DNA of 64,000 nt from Takakia lepidozioides. Lineage: Eukaryota; Plantae; Bryophyta. This document shows, piece after piece, positions 47,518 through 61,161 of the stretch. Numbering within the stretch: the first letter of the stretch is position 1; each line of letters opens with the position of its first letter. The DNA lies in NCBI GenBank assembly GCA_030704615.1, contig CM060733.1:5022001-5086000 (forward strand), in the 5' to 3' direction. The position numbers were made by a program, and so were the translations under genes. The notes under the pieces were generated by a model, which was not told the origin of the DNA, ran no database searches, and saw only the letters and a program-made list of their open reading frames with translations.

Positions 47518-50500
47518 ATGGAACCACCTGATCAGCCAGAGGATCCCAACGGGTTTCACACATCCAAGGCAGAAGAGGACTTGGAGCCGGGATTCGTGGA
47601 TGAGGTTACAGACCCTGACATTGAAATGAAAGAGGTGGAACCTAACACACGACCGGAACTTTCAGAGAGGCTCTTCAAGGCATATATGGCCCCTTTTCAC
47701 AAGGAACCTAAGGTACATTTACCACTGGCGATTTGGTGGTTGCACATGACTATGCACGGAGTACGAGTTTTGGTGCTTTCTCCAGCTACCGTACATAGCC
47801 CCATACACCCATCCTGCATATATCTCCTGTGAAATGTGTGTGGGGGTCTGTGAGAGAGAGAGGGCTACTGTAGAGGTAATGACTTCTTGGTGCATTGTGG
47901 ATCCTGGGTGATCTGAACCAGGTGTATGGAAAGTGGGGATCACTTGTGTTGGCATACCAGACACTGGGGGTTGTGTATGGAGACCTGGGAACATCCCCGC
48001 TCTACGTCTACTCATCCATTTCTCTCGGACCTAATTTCGGTACAAAAGACCTTTTGGGAATACTGAGCCTCATCTTCTGGACTCTCACCATGGTGGGACT
48101 GGTCAAATATGTGTTCATTGTGCTTCGTGCCAACGACCATGGGGAAGGTAAACTATTGGATTCTCACTGCTTGACTCCCACACAGTCTCTATACAGTTTT
48201 GTACAAACTGTCCTGATGCCACAATTCTGTTGAACAATCCACCGGTTAGAGACACATGCTACATAAGAGCAATTGAGTGTCATCTTAGGTTGTTTGTCAA
48301 ATGAGTTCCTATTCAGCTCACTGTTATTGGCAGTCCAGCGAAGTGTTATTTGCCTGCCCAGTCATTAGGAAGGTAATGAGCAGGAACAGGTTTGAGGCCA
48401 TACTCTGTTGCTTGCATCTTGTCCATAAGTTCTTGCTGGTGTCTGATCGTAGTAACCTTTTGTTGTACAAACTTGGGAAGGTGCGGTGGACCTGCGATGA
48501 GATAGTCGGTAGGTATAAGTTGCACTGGAATTTGGGCAAGATGGTGATAGTTGATGAGATAGTGATTACCTACAAAGGCAAGTACTGTGAAACCAGTGAA
48601 GTGGGGCTGCATAGAAATCTGGGCATTGGCTGATGCTAAGGGTTAGGGTACATCTTGGTGATTTATGCATTTGAAGTGATTGGGATGTGATCACAAATTT
48701 GTGTCTCGGAGCAGATTGGGAAAGGAAAGGAAAGGATTTGTGCGCTGGATTCATGATGAAATGCTTATTGCAGGGGGCACATTTGCACTCTACTCCCTGC
48801 TCTGCCAGCATGCCAAAGTGGGGCAGAACGCAGGCGAGCAGTACCGGACCCATGAATCCGATGCTTCGCTCTCTTTCTACAGCAGATCCAGAGAATCCAA
48901 GACCAGGAAGCTCCTGGAGAGGACCAAATGGATGCAGAAGGCATTGCTGGTGCTTGTGATGCTGGGCACTTGCATGGTGATCGGTGATGGCGTCCTCACT
49001 CCTGCCATCTCTGGTATCCCTCTCTGTCATTGTATCGTTGCAGTCAATGGGGACAGGTCGATTGATCCAGTCTTTCAGTGACTGAGGATTTTTCAAATGA
49101 CTGATGGATGAAGTGGGCTTAGTGTTGGGTCCATCCGTCCGGCTGAGATGTCATTGCCGTCCATTGTCTTATATGTCACTCAGGACTACTACTATACATT
49201 GTACTTTCCATGTGTGCTGTGCATATACTAATGCATATAAAAAGTGGGGTTGCTGTTCCTGGGCTTTGGAAGTTTGCTTCCAAACACAATCAAGAGTGTG
49301 GGCTTACAAGTACCTGCAGTTATTGACAGCAAGCTTTGTGAGTGTCTAGTTCTTGATCTGACTTGGGTGACGTGGTGTGATGGACGGGCTGCAGTTCTGT
49401 CAGCTATTGTTGGAATCCGAAGTGCAGATCCTTCGTTTGGCCAAAGTACGGACATCTCACTGTCTCTTTGCAACCGATTCTACATGTATGCCGTTTCATA
49501 CAATCTATGGAGTTGGGAACCGTTTGAGGGATTTCTCATCCTGAAATGTATCCAAGGATCCAACCTGAAATGTCTATGCCATAGATCCGTTCCAGAGACT
49601 TTGTAAAGAGCGGCTACAGTACTGGTCTACATGTTGGTGGCTGTGCCAGAGAACTCTTCCATCATACATATATATGCTTAGCACATAACTTTGGTTTGGC
49701 CGTTGAAGAGTGCAGAAACATTTGTGTTCAAGTTTGGAACTGAGAGAGGTGATTTATACCGAGTTTTCACAATTTGAATTTTGGTATCTGCAGGCAAGGT
49801 TATACTGGTGTCAGTGATCATCCTGGTGACTCTTTTCCTGCTACAACGGTTTGGTACACATAAAGTGAGCTTTATGTTCTCCCCCGTCATGGTGGTGTGG
49901 TTTGTGTCCACACCCATCATTGGAGTTTACAACATTGCCAAGTATTACCCGGGTGTTTTCAAGGCCTTGTCCCCTCACTATATCGTTGATTTTTTCATGA
50001 GAAACAAGACAAATGGCTGGATTATGCTGGATGGTGTTGTCCTTGCCATTACAGGTACTGTCAATCAATCAAAATACTCTTACTGTTGCTCTTCGTGTCA
50101 TGCGTTACGTTATTTAAAGGGTATTATGTGTGTGATGTGGGGATCTATATCACACAGCACGTAAAATGTAGGCCATGTTTTCTCTGGACTAGGAAACTTG
50201 GCATTTGGCATATTATTTGTTGAAGGGAGCTCACTCCGAAAGGAGGCAGTACCCGCAAGGGGAAGAGGCTCTCATTATGCTGGCTTCAGTCAGCATCATC
50301 TCTCTCTTGCTCATGTGGAGGGAGGCACTTTATTTGTGTATGAATGACCCTTACTGGCCAAAAGAAAACCCAGGTTACCAATTTACAAGAACCCCTAAAC
50401 ATTGAACTCTTGAACTGAAATTGGGAACATGACAAGTCTGATGGTAAACTATTTTTATCTCTGGTTTTTGTGAACCAGGAGCTGAGGCGATGTTCTGTGA

Positions 50501-52575
50501 CCTATCACATTTCAACATGGGTTCAATTCAGGTGTTTTTCCATGAACACGAGGCTTTTAAGCACATGGATTACCGCAGGGCAGAGACAGATAGAGTCATA
50601 GATGGGATATCTCGTCCGAGATCTAGCGGACTTGAATTAAGTTTGCATTGAGCTTCTTACAGCAGTACATTCATCAACCCCATCAAACAAACTATTGTTT
50701 CAATGGCCTGCAAAATCAGCATTGGACATAATGTCACTGTTGCGAATGAAGTTGCAGAAAATGAAGGTGCAACAAGAACGTTGATCATAGCAAGTTTTGA
50801 CTTTCTTTGTCTTCAAACCTCTGTATCTTATAGGGAGATTGCTGAGTCTACCAGCATTTAGGATGAACATTCCTTCTTGATGACGAAGATTGAGTTGATC
50901 GTGTGCAGTTGGCGTTTTCGGGCTTGGTCTACCCATCCTTGATTCTGACATATGCGGGGCAGACTGCATACCTCATCAAGAACCCTCAAGACATTGGTGA
51001 TGCCTTTTTCAAGTCCATACCGCACACCGTGTACTGGCCAATGTTTGTGGTGGCGACACTGGCAGCCATAGTTGCCAGCCAAGCTCTCATCTCTGCCACA
51101 TTCTCCATCATTAAGCAATCCATGGCACTGGGCTGCTTCCCCCGGGTCAAAATGATCCACACTTCAGAGGACCAAGAAGGGCAGATCTACTCCCCTGAGA
51201 TTAACTATCTTCTGATGGTTCTCTGTATAATCATAGTTGTTGGCTTTCGAAATGGCACCCAAATTGGCAATGCCTTTGGTGAGTTTTCCACTTCCTTATC
51301 ACACGTGATCCTTGGTTTGGGAAGGCAATTTAGGCACCATTACAGCTGCCCTCGCCAACAGAGATAGGTCTCTGAGTTGGTGAGGTTGATCCCTGGAAAC
51401 CCACTCTCAACTTGACTTAACTCGACTACCTACTTCCATCTGTGAGTGCAGCGTTATTTATTGAGCATTTTTGGCCGGCATTGATTCTACCTGGCAATCA
51501 ATGACAGTGTACGGCGCCTCTGTTCTGAGCAGCTCTCCCACCTCTCTTCTCCTCTCCTCTGACATACTTAATTGGATGTTAACTGTCGTTGTTGGAGTAC
51601 AGTGATTGGTCCTTATCACTCTAACTGAAAGTGATTCTGTGTACAGGAGTGGCTGTGATTTTTGTGATGCTCATAACGACAATGCTGCTGACATTGGTGA
51701 TGCTGATCGTCTGGAGGCTGCCTTGGCCAGTGGCGTTCTTATTCCTAGGAGTGTTTGGCCTCATCGAAGGTGTGTACATGACAGCTGTCCTAAACAAGGT
51801 GCCCCAGGGTGGGTGGGTTCCCTTTGCAATTGCTGGGGTGTTCCTTATAGTCTCTTTGAGTTGGAACTATGGACGGCAGAAAAAGTCCCAGTATGAAATG
51901 ATCAACAAAGTCAGTTCAGAGAGATTGGGTGAGCTGCTGTCAAGCTCAGCAATACAGCGAGTGCCCGGAATGTGCTTCTTTTACAGTGACTTGTTCAATG
52001 GGGTCCCCCCAATCATAACCCACTATGTCAGAAACGTACGCACACTGCATGAAGTCCTAGTCTTTACAACTATCAGGTACGTACCTGTCAAGACTGTCCT
52101 TCCAGAGGAGCGCTTCCTTGTAGGGAGAATGGGTTTTAAAGGGGTCTACCGCTGTGTGGCACGATATGGCTACATGGACATAATCAATGCGGAAGGCAAT
52201 GAGTTTATGACCGAAGCAATCCACAATCTGAAAAACTATCTTCAGTCTGAAGACCAATACAACCTTACATATGCACAACGGACTGCCCTCCAATCGTCCA
52301 ACGGTTTGGTTGTGGCTGAGCAAACAAATCAGATGTCGGACTGGGATAACTCCAATGCAGAGGACTTGGCAGAGCTAGAGGATGCAACCAGGTATGAGGC
52401 AGTTTATGTCTTAGGGAAGACGAAGCTGAGGAGTACAACGAGAACAAATTGGTTAGAGCAGATTGTTGTAAATAGAATTTATCGTTTTCTGAAGATGATT
52501 TGTAGACCTGCCATACAAACTTTAAGAATACCTCCCGCAAATTACCTGGAGGTTGGTATGCTGTATGAAACATAG
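47518..52575 (+). CDS. HAK: HAK/KUP/KT potassium transporter (~774 aa); exons 47518-47712, 47922-48147, 48774-49013, 49395-49445, 49794-50054, 50479-50531, 50909-51278, 51647-52575
   Basis: [121 protein letters not shown]; GT-AG junctions sum to 2325 nt in frame. Confidence 0.95.
48290..48590 (+). mobile_element. piggyBac (DDE_Tnp_1_7/PGBD-like) transposase fragment in HAK intron 2
   Basis: [31 protein letters not shown]. Confidence 0.8.
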
Positions 52576-54006
52576 GCCCCACATTCACCAAGAGCCTCAA
52601 GCTCTCATTGTCCATATGAGATTGTAATTGTGGTTGTCCACATTAAAGGGTGCTTTATTGAGCTCTTGTGCTGTGAGTCTTACCGGTTTCTGTTTACTGT
52701 CACAATGAGGTCTGGGATAGCAATCAGAGAGGTATATCTTTCACTCTTGAATTGTGTCATTCGATTCCAGAACAGCTCATGGGGTGGAGAGAGATGGACG
52801 CCGAGGCCCTTCCCTCCACAACTTGGCCACGATACTCACTTGAGGGCACTTGAGGGCAGTGTCCTCGCATCGCAGGATCTAACCTCTTCCCTTGTGGTTG
52901 GTTGGCAATTTCAGCGTAGAACTGCCATTGCTCTCCCACAGCCAATGATCCACCAGGCTTCAAAACATAAACGTGGTATGCTGGCAAGTGTATGTACTTC
53001 AGACACTTGGTATTGTACTGATAATTAACACACAAAGAACATCAACTCTCATCAAGCCAGTTGTGTGGCTTCTTGAAACTCCATATTTTCGCAGTGCTCA
53101 CACACATGAAACAGTAATCTGCTTGCAGGGAGTTGACAATCGATTCCAGAACCTTTCACTCAATTTTACAGTCAACTACCGAACAATAGCAGTCAGGGTT
53201 GAGCCCCGGCTCATAATCCGGGGTGAGTTAAAACTTAAAACCCTGAAGAGGTATCATCTGCAAAAAGCACATCATGCAGAACTACACTTGAAGAGAGAAG
53301 CGAATGAGTGAGAGTGAGAGTGAGAGCTCTCTTCCGCCAGGACTCTGTTGTGATTTGGAGTTCCACATTCATTTGATCATATCTTTCCCAAGAACAAAAT
53401 CTTTACTGGAGAGACTGAAAAGTTAGATCCAAATTGACAATAAATTTTATTATCAGCACCCTGCAAGAGAAGGAAATGACCAAAACTGTGTGATATTGGA
53501 ACATGTGGTCCACGATAAAAGTTTTGTATTTGCTACATATGCATCACTAGAATGAGCAGATGATGCAGAGCATCCTACTTAACAGAGTGAGTCCAACCCA
53601 ATGGCCATCTGTCCTGAAGGAGACAATAGTGGCTGCATAAACAGTTGACTGGCACAGAGAACTTCCAGGAAAACGTAAAGAGTTTCACTAGTTGAGACTG
53701 AATTGTCTTTCACCAGTACTGGATGCTCGGAGGTTTTGAAGGGGACTTCTCTAATGTACACGAGGAATAATCCTCAGCCCCACATATCAAGAGTATCCGA
53801 TTTTTTCATCAGTGAAGGTTGCTGTTGCTGCTGGGTCATGACCGTTGTGAGCTCTACGATACTATGCATACCCCTAGAGCTTTGTCCATGTTTTCTCCTT
53901 GTAGATCCGGTTGTGGCTTTCTTACTCAAGCCCTGCCACCATTAGTCCGAGCACTGTGACTCACTGCAACATGGGATGCCCATCGTCAGTACAAGAATGC
54001 CAACAT

Positions 54007-55575
54007 TTAAGAAACAGGTATTAATGACTGTCTAGCATATCCACTCTTCTGAACAGCGCAATCGGTGGGAAGGGGGTAATGGCAGTAGCTTTCGTTCTTC
54101 ATGCATAGAAAGAGCCGCTCGTAGGCGGATCCCATCTTGGTGGCCGTGAACATGAGGGATGCATATCGGAGGCACCTTTGACCCTTAAATCGGAGCATTT
54201 CCTTTCCGTCTTGGATCACTGATTCTAGAGCCTTGACAAGCGATCCCACATTGGGAGAGAAGGTGTAGCCAAAGTCTTTATTAATAATAACACTCCAGGT
54301 TATACTGGAGAAGTGGGTTGCCAGCAGGGGCTTGCCACATTGCATTGCCTCCAACAGTGTGTGATCCAGACCTTGAGACCGCAGGGTCGGGTTCACAAAG
54401 ATGTCCAGTGCATTGTAAAATTCAGCAAGCTGCGCTGGTGTCATGGGGCCTAAAGTCTTGACATTCGGAGCAAGTTCTTTATATCGATCAGCCCAGGGAC
54501 CTTTCCCTGCCACCAGCAAATACACGTCTTTGTGGGTCTTCAGAATTTCTGAGAATGCTTCAAACAGCAAGGGATGTCCCTTGTCTCTGACCAGCCGCCC
54601 AGCTGCACCCAGCACAAGGCTCGCATTGGCTGGCACCCCATACTTGGCCCGAAAGGCAACACCTTTGGCAGGATCTGGCCTGAAGAACTTCTCATCAACG
54701 CCATTAAGGATTATATGCACCTGCTGCAGCGGTAGCTCGTAAATGGTGCGTAGCACATCGCCAACATAATCACTGGTGGCCACATGGTGGTGATAGCTAT
54801 GGAAAAATCGGACCTCGTCTGCTACACGAGACAATCGGCCAGCGAGGCTCTGTTGCAATTCCACACTGCGGGCTTCCCCTGGTTTTCGGATGAGATCGTG
54901 CACTACGTCACTGTGAATGACCTCATAGGCAATACCGTGCCAGGAAGCTGCCAGATTGGGCACATGCTGCGCGCGCCAATGAGGTAGAGCAACACTCTCT
55001 GAGTGCACAATGTGAAAAGGATTGGTAGAATTCATAATGGCATACTTATTCCAGGCTTCGGCATAATCGAATTGCTTCAAGAAATGGATATGGAAGTTGC
55101 CATCTATCTGATCCTCCGGGAAGCTGCCATCACCTGAGCAGGTGAAGACGTGGATCTGATGGCCGCGATCAGCCAGAACCTTGTGGAGCGTCAGCGCATG
55201 CCTCTCCAGACCACCTGGAGTCCCACCCACTGGCCATTTCTTGACGAACAAGGCTATGTTAATCTGTTCTGGCGCAGGACCGAAGCACAGTCGATTCCAT
55301 GCCGTCTCCAGCTCTCGAAGGTCGCCAGCCCAAGCCTCTTCCTGCCTCCCTCGTGCAATCAAGTTCATATAATGTGCAGGCTGCCAACAAGGGCCACCCA
55401 GAATGGCCAGCGAGTAAAGCAATATCCCGGAAGCAATGACGAACGCCCCTATACACTGCCAAGAATACCGACTCGTCTTTCCTCCTCGCCATCTCCCTCC
55501 TGCCTCCTTCGATCCAAAGCCCAGAGCTTCTTTCTCTCCCCGCTTCCAACTTTTCATCCGTCTCCACTGTTGCAT
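54007..55575 (-). CDS. Intronless GT4-family glycosyltransferase with N-terminal membrane anchor
   Basis: FVKKWPVGGTPGGLERHALTL, HSESVAL, SWHGIAYE, ILNGVD, AGRLVRDKGHPLL, DIFVNPTLRSQGLDHTLLEAM; first ATG at 55575. Confidence 0.92.
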   Translation of the reverse strand: MQQWRRMKSWKRGEKEALGFGSKEAGGRWRGGKTSRYSWQCIGAFVIASGILLYSLAILGGPCWQPAHYMNLIARGRQEEAWAGDLRELETAWNRLCFGPAPEQINIALFVKKWPVGGTPGGLERHALTLHKVLADRGHQIHVFTCSGDGSFPEDQIDGNFHIHFLKQFDYAEAWNKYAIMNSTNPFHIVHSESVALPHWRAQHVPNLAASWHGIAYEVIHSDVVHDLIRKPGEARSVELQQSLAGRLSRVADEVRFFHSYHHHVATSDYVGDVLRTIYELPLQQVHIILNGVDEKFFRPDPAKGVAFRAKYGVPANASLVLGAAGRLVRDKGHPLLFEAFSEILKTHKDVYLLVAGKGPWADRYKELAPNVKTLGPMTPAQLAEFYNALDIFVNPTLRSQGLDHTLLEAMQCGKPLLATHFSSITWSVIINKDFGYTFSPNVGSLVKALESVIQDGKEMLRFKGQRCLRYASLMFTATKMGSAYERLFLCMKNESYCHYPLPTDCAVQKSGYARQSLIPVS

Positions 55576-56754
55576 TCCCTCCCCGCAAGGGCTCCTCAAT
55601 TGTAATCTCGAGTTAGCTTCGGCTCCAGATTCACCATCAGCTTCTCAAGATGGGATTCCACAAGACTACCCGAAATCATCACATGATCAACTTATGTCCA
55701 AAAGAACTTCACTCACTCAAATAACTGAAAGATGGTTAAACGGTACAACCAATCCCCAGGCATCTTCAATTCTTACTCCTTCCATATCTTCTCTATCATG
55801 TCCAGATTCCTACGTCACACAACAACATGCCACGGCTCTGAGGATCGCATTGTAAGTAGGCCCCCCCTGAATACTTCCCAGATTCAGCAGCTCGCAATGT
55901 GGCTCAGAGAAGACTTGGCAAAGAGAATGTAGGTTGTATTTCAGGAGCAAGGGCATGGCAACGCTGCAATGAGACCCATGCAAAGCACAGCAAAAGAGAG
56001 AGAGAGGGAGAGAGAGAGAGAAATAGGAGAGCTGCTGCAGACGTCCAACGTGACACGACGCACTCTGCACGTCTTTCTGTTATAGTAGTTGTTCTGTAAA
56101 CAGTCGTCATGTTGACTAGTCGTAAAAGCAAAAGCTTTAGTGACATGTTGAACTAAAGTGCATATGTCCGAGTCGCCTCCACTCACAATTCTGTAATGAC
56201 TTAAGATTTGCGTGTCATCATAATCACCGAGGATGTTAAGTTTTTCTTCAACACAAGATATCCCACATGCCCCAGGTTGGGAAAGAAACTCAACCCTCTC
56301 TTTTCACAACTGTGTTTACAGAAAAAGATCACCCCATCAAATTTACTAGTCATGCTATGCCTCAATTTGTGCTGTCTGTGCTTCATTGTAATATCATCTA
56401 CTATGCCAAATGCACATGTCAGCATGAAGATGGGTCAAGTGTTTTTGGAACCTGAATGATGAGCAAAAGGTGATTTTTAGTAGAAGAGAATTTGCACATC
56501 GGCAGAATTAGTTCGCACGACATTGAAGAAAAGCCTAGTCCTTTACGCACCTCCGCCTACCACAAAACTAATTTGTGAATGTATAGAGGGCAAGAGATCT
56601 GGTTTGTGCTGTTGCAACTGCACTGTCTGCCTGAGTTGCTGTTTCCAAATGTAGTGAATTCCACTTTCTCTTCAGCACACAGAATTAATGGTGAGACAAG
56701 ACCAGATTTCCCCCAGAATTGAAGGTACCCCTACAGGCTTGGGAGTCTTTTGAC

Positions 56755-59700
56755 TCAATTCATTGGAAGGTGTACATTATGGAAGAGCCTTGCTGCAGTT
56801 GATCCCAATCTCCGCATTTCCCAAATATCCCCCTCACTGCCCCCATCTGTAACAGCCCCTTTCACCCCACAATTTTCCACCATGCTCATAGACGTAACAG
56901 ATGCACCAAGGGTGTCTACCACTGTGTTGGAAGGACAAGTGCTAGAGTTAAGGGCTGTGTTACTGTTGGTGCAGCTTTCTTCTTTGGGAACTCTCTCCCC
57001 GATATCTTTTCCGTCCTCCTCAGCAGTAGTACTGCTGGCCGGAGAAAGTCCCCTATCATTGACCTGACTCAATTGTGAGGGAGCTGGGATGGGAGACGTC
57101 ATGTTGGATGAAGCCTGGTCTTTGAACAGGGTGGCATCTTCCAAAGGCTGTGACTTACAAACGTCATTGCCAGTCAGCGGGACTATTCCTGAGTTCAAAT
57201 TTTCTTGCACAGGTGAATGAGCTTTGCATTCGTCGGAAGCCTCACTACAGATTGTTGTCTGTGGCAGGAAGCACCAACAAGGAATCAGCAGCTATTCACA
57301 TCTCCCAGAGAGCCCCGTTTTTCCCTCAGACACATGGGTGCATGTCACATCAGAAACACCTCATTCTACACCTTCAGCTCAGTATTATCTTGTTTGCAGA
57401 GAAACTACAGATAATACAGTCAATCTGTCTGAAAAAGGGAAAGATGAAAGCATACTGTGGATGGGTTGCGGTAGCGCATGATGAAAAGCTCAATGTCGGG
57501 ATGCTGGTACTTTGGATCCATCTGACATCCTTCCAAATTTTGTGAATCATAGCATATTACATCGGTAACAACCTTCAAGTTTTCCTGCCTCCATCTCTCT
57601 TCTTTTTCTTCTCCTCTCTCTAATGATACAAGGCTCCTTTCTCTCCTTTCATTGTTTTCTGCTCTCATGACCACAAATGACATTGGAAGCGCCCACCTTT
57701 GAATGTGGAACCCTCTTTATGTCAAAGTAGCGGCTAAAGAGTTGATGCAGCTGCTCACGCACTCCACTGGAGCGGAACTCGTAACCCAACTGCAAGTCGC
57801 ATCCAAGGCTTAACTTTGTAAAGATGTCCACAAAGGAAAGTCAAAGAAAGGACCAACACATCCCTATCTCTACTCCAACAAGGGAGGGTCAGAGGAAAGA
57901 GTACCACTACAGTAGTCTTCGGCCCAGACAGTGCCACCATGGATGAGATAAGGGGCTCCAACAGATGCTCCACATAAACCTTTATCAAAAACCCATGCCA
58001 TGTTGGTATCAGCTTATGAAATCGCAGTTACATACACTCTAAAAAGTAAGGGGCCCCCCATGGAGACAGAGAGAGCTATATTACTAGTGGGGTCAGCTTC
58101 ACAGTTCATGTGTTTGTTTTGTTATATGAAGAAAGTGACCACAAAAACATGCAGGAAAAGGGGGAAAACTACATACTACATCTGTGCCTATGATGTAGTC
58201 GAATGGGGGTTCCGCAGCAGCCACATGGATCTCATTTCCCCAATCAAGCTCTGCCACATTGACAGTCCCGATTGGCCCTGTGGATCCAAGCAAACAATTG
58301 GAGTGTCAGTAAAGTAAAAAATAACAAATGGCTTCTGATGCTTCCATTGTTGTCTAAATTACCAGACCAGGGTGACCAGACAACCAAATAGGAGTTGGCA
58401 CTCATGTTTGCATGTACAGAAACATGGTCCCGTATCTTTGGAATTCGTGAGACTACACTGGCCAGGCACCATAAATGACTCCCACATGCATTATTGTACT
58501 CTCAAACTTGTAGTACAGCCCAACAACAGCCCTAAACAAGGTTTTGATTAAAAGATTAAATGTTCCTGTAGGAAATTTCATGACTGATTGAAAAGTAATC
58601 CATAATTATGGTCAACTCAGGGCCTGTGATAATAGCCTCGTAACTTAACGTAAGATGGGAAACAATACCCAGATACGAGTGTTCTGAAGAGGCATAGGAA
58701 GCCCGTGCCATGTTTTGCTCCACATTTCGAAACAGCAGTGGAAGCACTTCCACCTGATCTGTCACGACCACATTGCACCCTAAAAGTGCCATCCCTGCTT
58801 TCCTCACCCACAACAGAGGAACCGTGCTCTGGTCAGTGTTTGTGAATCCCAAACATGCCTACTCTCAAGCAACTGCCACTGTCTGTATTGTCAGGGTTTG
58901 GTGCCCTCTAATTTGACAAGAATATTGACTTGGCTATGCTAGTTGGAACGAGCTAATTCCCATCATATGGCAGTTTCCATGACTCATGCAACCCCATCTC
59001 AGTTGCTGATGAAACTAGTAAGGTGCAATTCATTTCTCTATCTCTCTCACAGACACATGACCTCGGCCACAGTGAGCCATCTTTTGGGTCCCTTCCTCTA
59101 CCCCTCTTCCCGAGGCCCAATCCCTTTGTGTCTGCCTTCTCAACCAGCTGTAGCCCTGTCATGGTTCTACCCTGGTCAGAAAGAAACATGTGTACCTGCT
59201 TCATGTTTCAATTCATGATCAGTTGAAAGCTAAACTAATAGGTACTGGAAGGAGCAAACAGTTCATCTTCTCTGGAGTATAAAATGATCCGAGTTTGCAG
59301 GACAGAAGGTACTACTTCACCTAATCCAGCAAGGCCACAGCCAGCCCCCAGCTCAATCACTCGCTTGCCATTGAGTTTTGCCCGACTGAATTCCCCTTTT
59401 TTGCAGTTGCGCTCCTGCCCACCCCTCAATCTGCAATATTACTTGCTGTTGCCAGGCCACTCGTCTGGCTCATCTGCTAGCCATACATCCATGTAAATGC
59501 AGAGTAAACTGCAATTTACTTTTTTGAAGGGTAACTGACCGGGAGAGAACTAACAAGTGATTATAGAGGAGGAGGAAAAACCTTCCAAGAACATAAGTAG
59601 ATAATAACAGCAAACAAACAAACAACAAACCAGACTGCAGCCTTGCATCTTAGAGAGTCAATCACAATGTACAGGACAAAGGCTCTTAAGACTCCTCCTG

Positions 59701-60768
59701 ACAGTGGGTGCAAACATAAGTTTCTATCATCTTTCCTGAAAGGAAAAGCAAAGAGGAAAATGCCTTTTGATGAGATAGCACAAAGAGACTGGGAAAAGGC
59801 AGGGCCACGGACAACAATACCAGATATTTCACAAACACCACGGAGGAATCCCATACTGTTGTGCCTAGATGCTTTGAGTTTGGATCCTGCAATAAACCAT
59901 TTATTACAACCAATAAATTATGAGCAGTGCTTGAAAAGGACTCGATGCAGTAGACAATTCATGTGATGCTTCTCCCATGCCAAAGACCCTAGAGTTAATG
60001 GAATCCCTCAGTAAGTGGAACAATGTAGATTGTCCAAACATGTAGTTCTGTGAAGAGGTTGACAACATATAATCTGTGCAAAACTATAAAAGCCCCGGTT
60101 TCACGCTCAAAAAGCAGTATAGAAGTAGCTAAGATTTAACATCTAAAACTGCCAGGCTTGTTCAGCTCTGTGCAAGAAGACAATTGGAAGTTGCCAAGAG
60201 GGTGCCAGACCTGGGCAATGAGTAGATCGTGGCCAAACACCTCCAGCTCAATTGCGGCTGTGTGCTGTGTATTGAATCTGGAAAACATACCCCACAAACC
60301 AAAATTTGAAAACATGCAATCCAACTGATTCTGAAGGCATCACACCACGTGCATTGCACATTAATCAATCCTTGAACCCATTTCGCAAATTGAGCTGCTC
60401 CAAAGGGAGAGCAGATACAGCAATCAGAGTGGCGGAGCAGAATTGCAAGGTTTAGGGTTTAAGCTTTCCATACGCAACGACTAGCAAAAATTGGAATCAA
60501 TGTCACATTTTACAACGAGCTTTCCATAGAAACAGAATGACAAGTTCGCTTATATCTCGTAGGAGGATCAGGTGTGTAGAGAGAGCAATAAATCTACTAC
60601 GTCCACTAAAGCCTAGAGCGAGAATCTAAGATGATGCCTTGCTTTACTACTAAACAGATCCCTCGGCCTTGCAACCTGTGAACCCACGGGATCTAAACCA
60701 ATACAACGTCAAAATGGCTACGGAATATCCAAAATTTGAAGAAGGAATGAAGCAGACCTGTCCTCCAT
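56755..60768 (-). CDS. METTL21-like (Methyltransf_16) protein lysine methyltransferase, about 9 exons, with an 11-nt first coding exon
   Basis: Exon pieces MEDR|FNT..IAQ|DPNSKHLGTTVWDSS..|..GKRVIELGAGCGLAGL|GMALLG..VTDQ..|..AELDWG..FDYIIGTDV|VY..|LGYEFRS..|MDPKYQHPDIELF..; terminal WEMRRLGSTAARL. Confidence 0.88.
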
Positions 60769-61161
60769 AGCAAGCAACAAGGAGCCCGTCGCAGCCTCTG
60801 CTATTCCTCTAACCTCCGCCAACAAAAAGCAAATGCAGAACAGACGGAATTCTCCCTGTCTTGTCCCTCTGCCGGTCAATAACTTTCATAAGTAAATCTT
60901 TGCTTGGGCGGATGAACTACAATTAAACATCACTAAGCAAAATTCAGTGATGTTGATTAGGATTTGGGAGCGCACTAACAGAACATTATCTCACTACTTA
61001 GCCCACCAAGCTTCTTACAAAGCCTTATCCACACACCCTCTCCCTTCCTCTCTTGGTGCTTTGGGAGAATGCACTGAGAAACGATCCTTTTTTCTTTTAC
61101 ACATTGGGTTGCATTGTGTTTTGCTTGTCTGTGTCACTGTTACACTCTGCTGAAGCCAGGT
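60769..61161. promoter_or_regulatory. Putative bidirectional promoter/5' UTR region (393 bp between divergent ATGs)
   Basis: Head-to-head starts at 60768 (-) and 61162 (+); site II-like TTGGGC/AGCCCA words present. Confidence 0.5.

Noticed and set aside
55993-56025. (GA)n tract, and GAGTGA repeats at ~53305
   Set aside because: Ordinary microsatellites
33983-60768. Functional link between the HSP70 fragment and the METTL21-like gene (METTL21A methylates HSP70 in animals)
   Set aside because: The HSP70 is a dead fragment more than 20 kb away; proximity is likely coincidental
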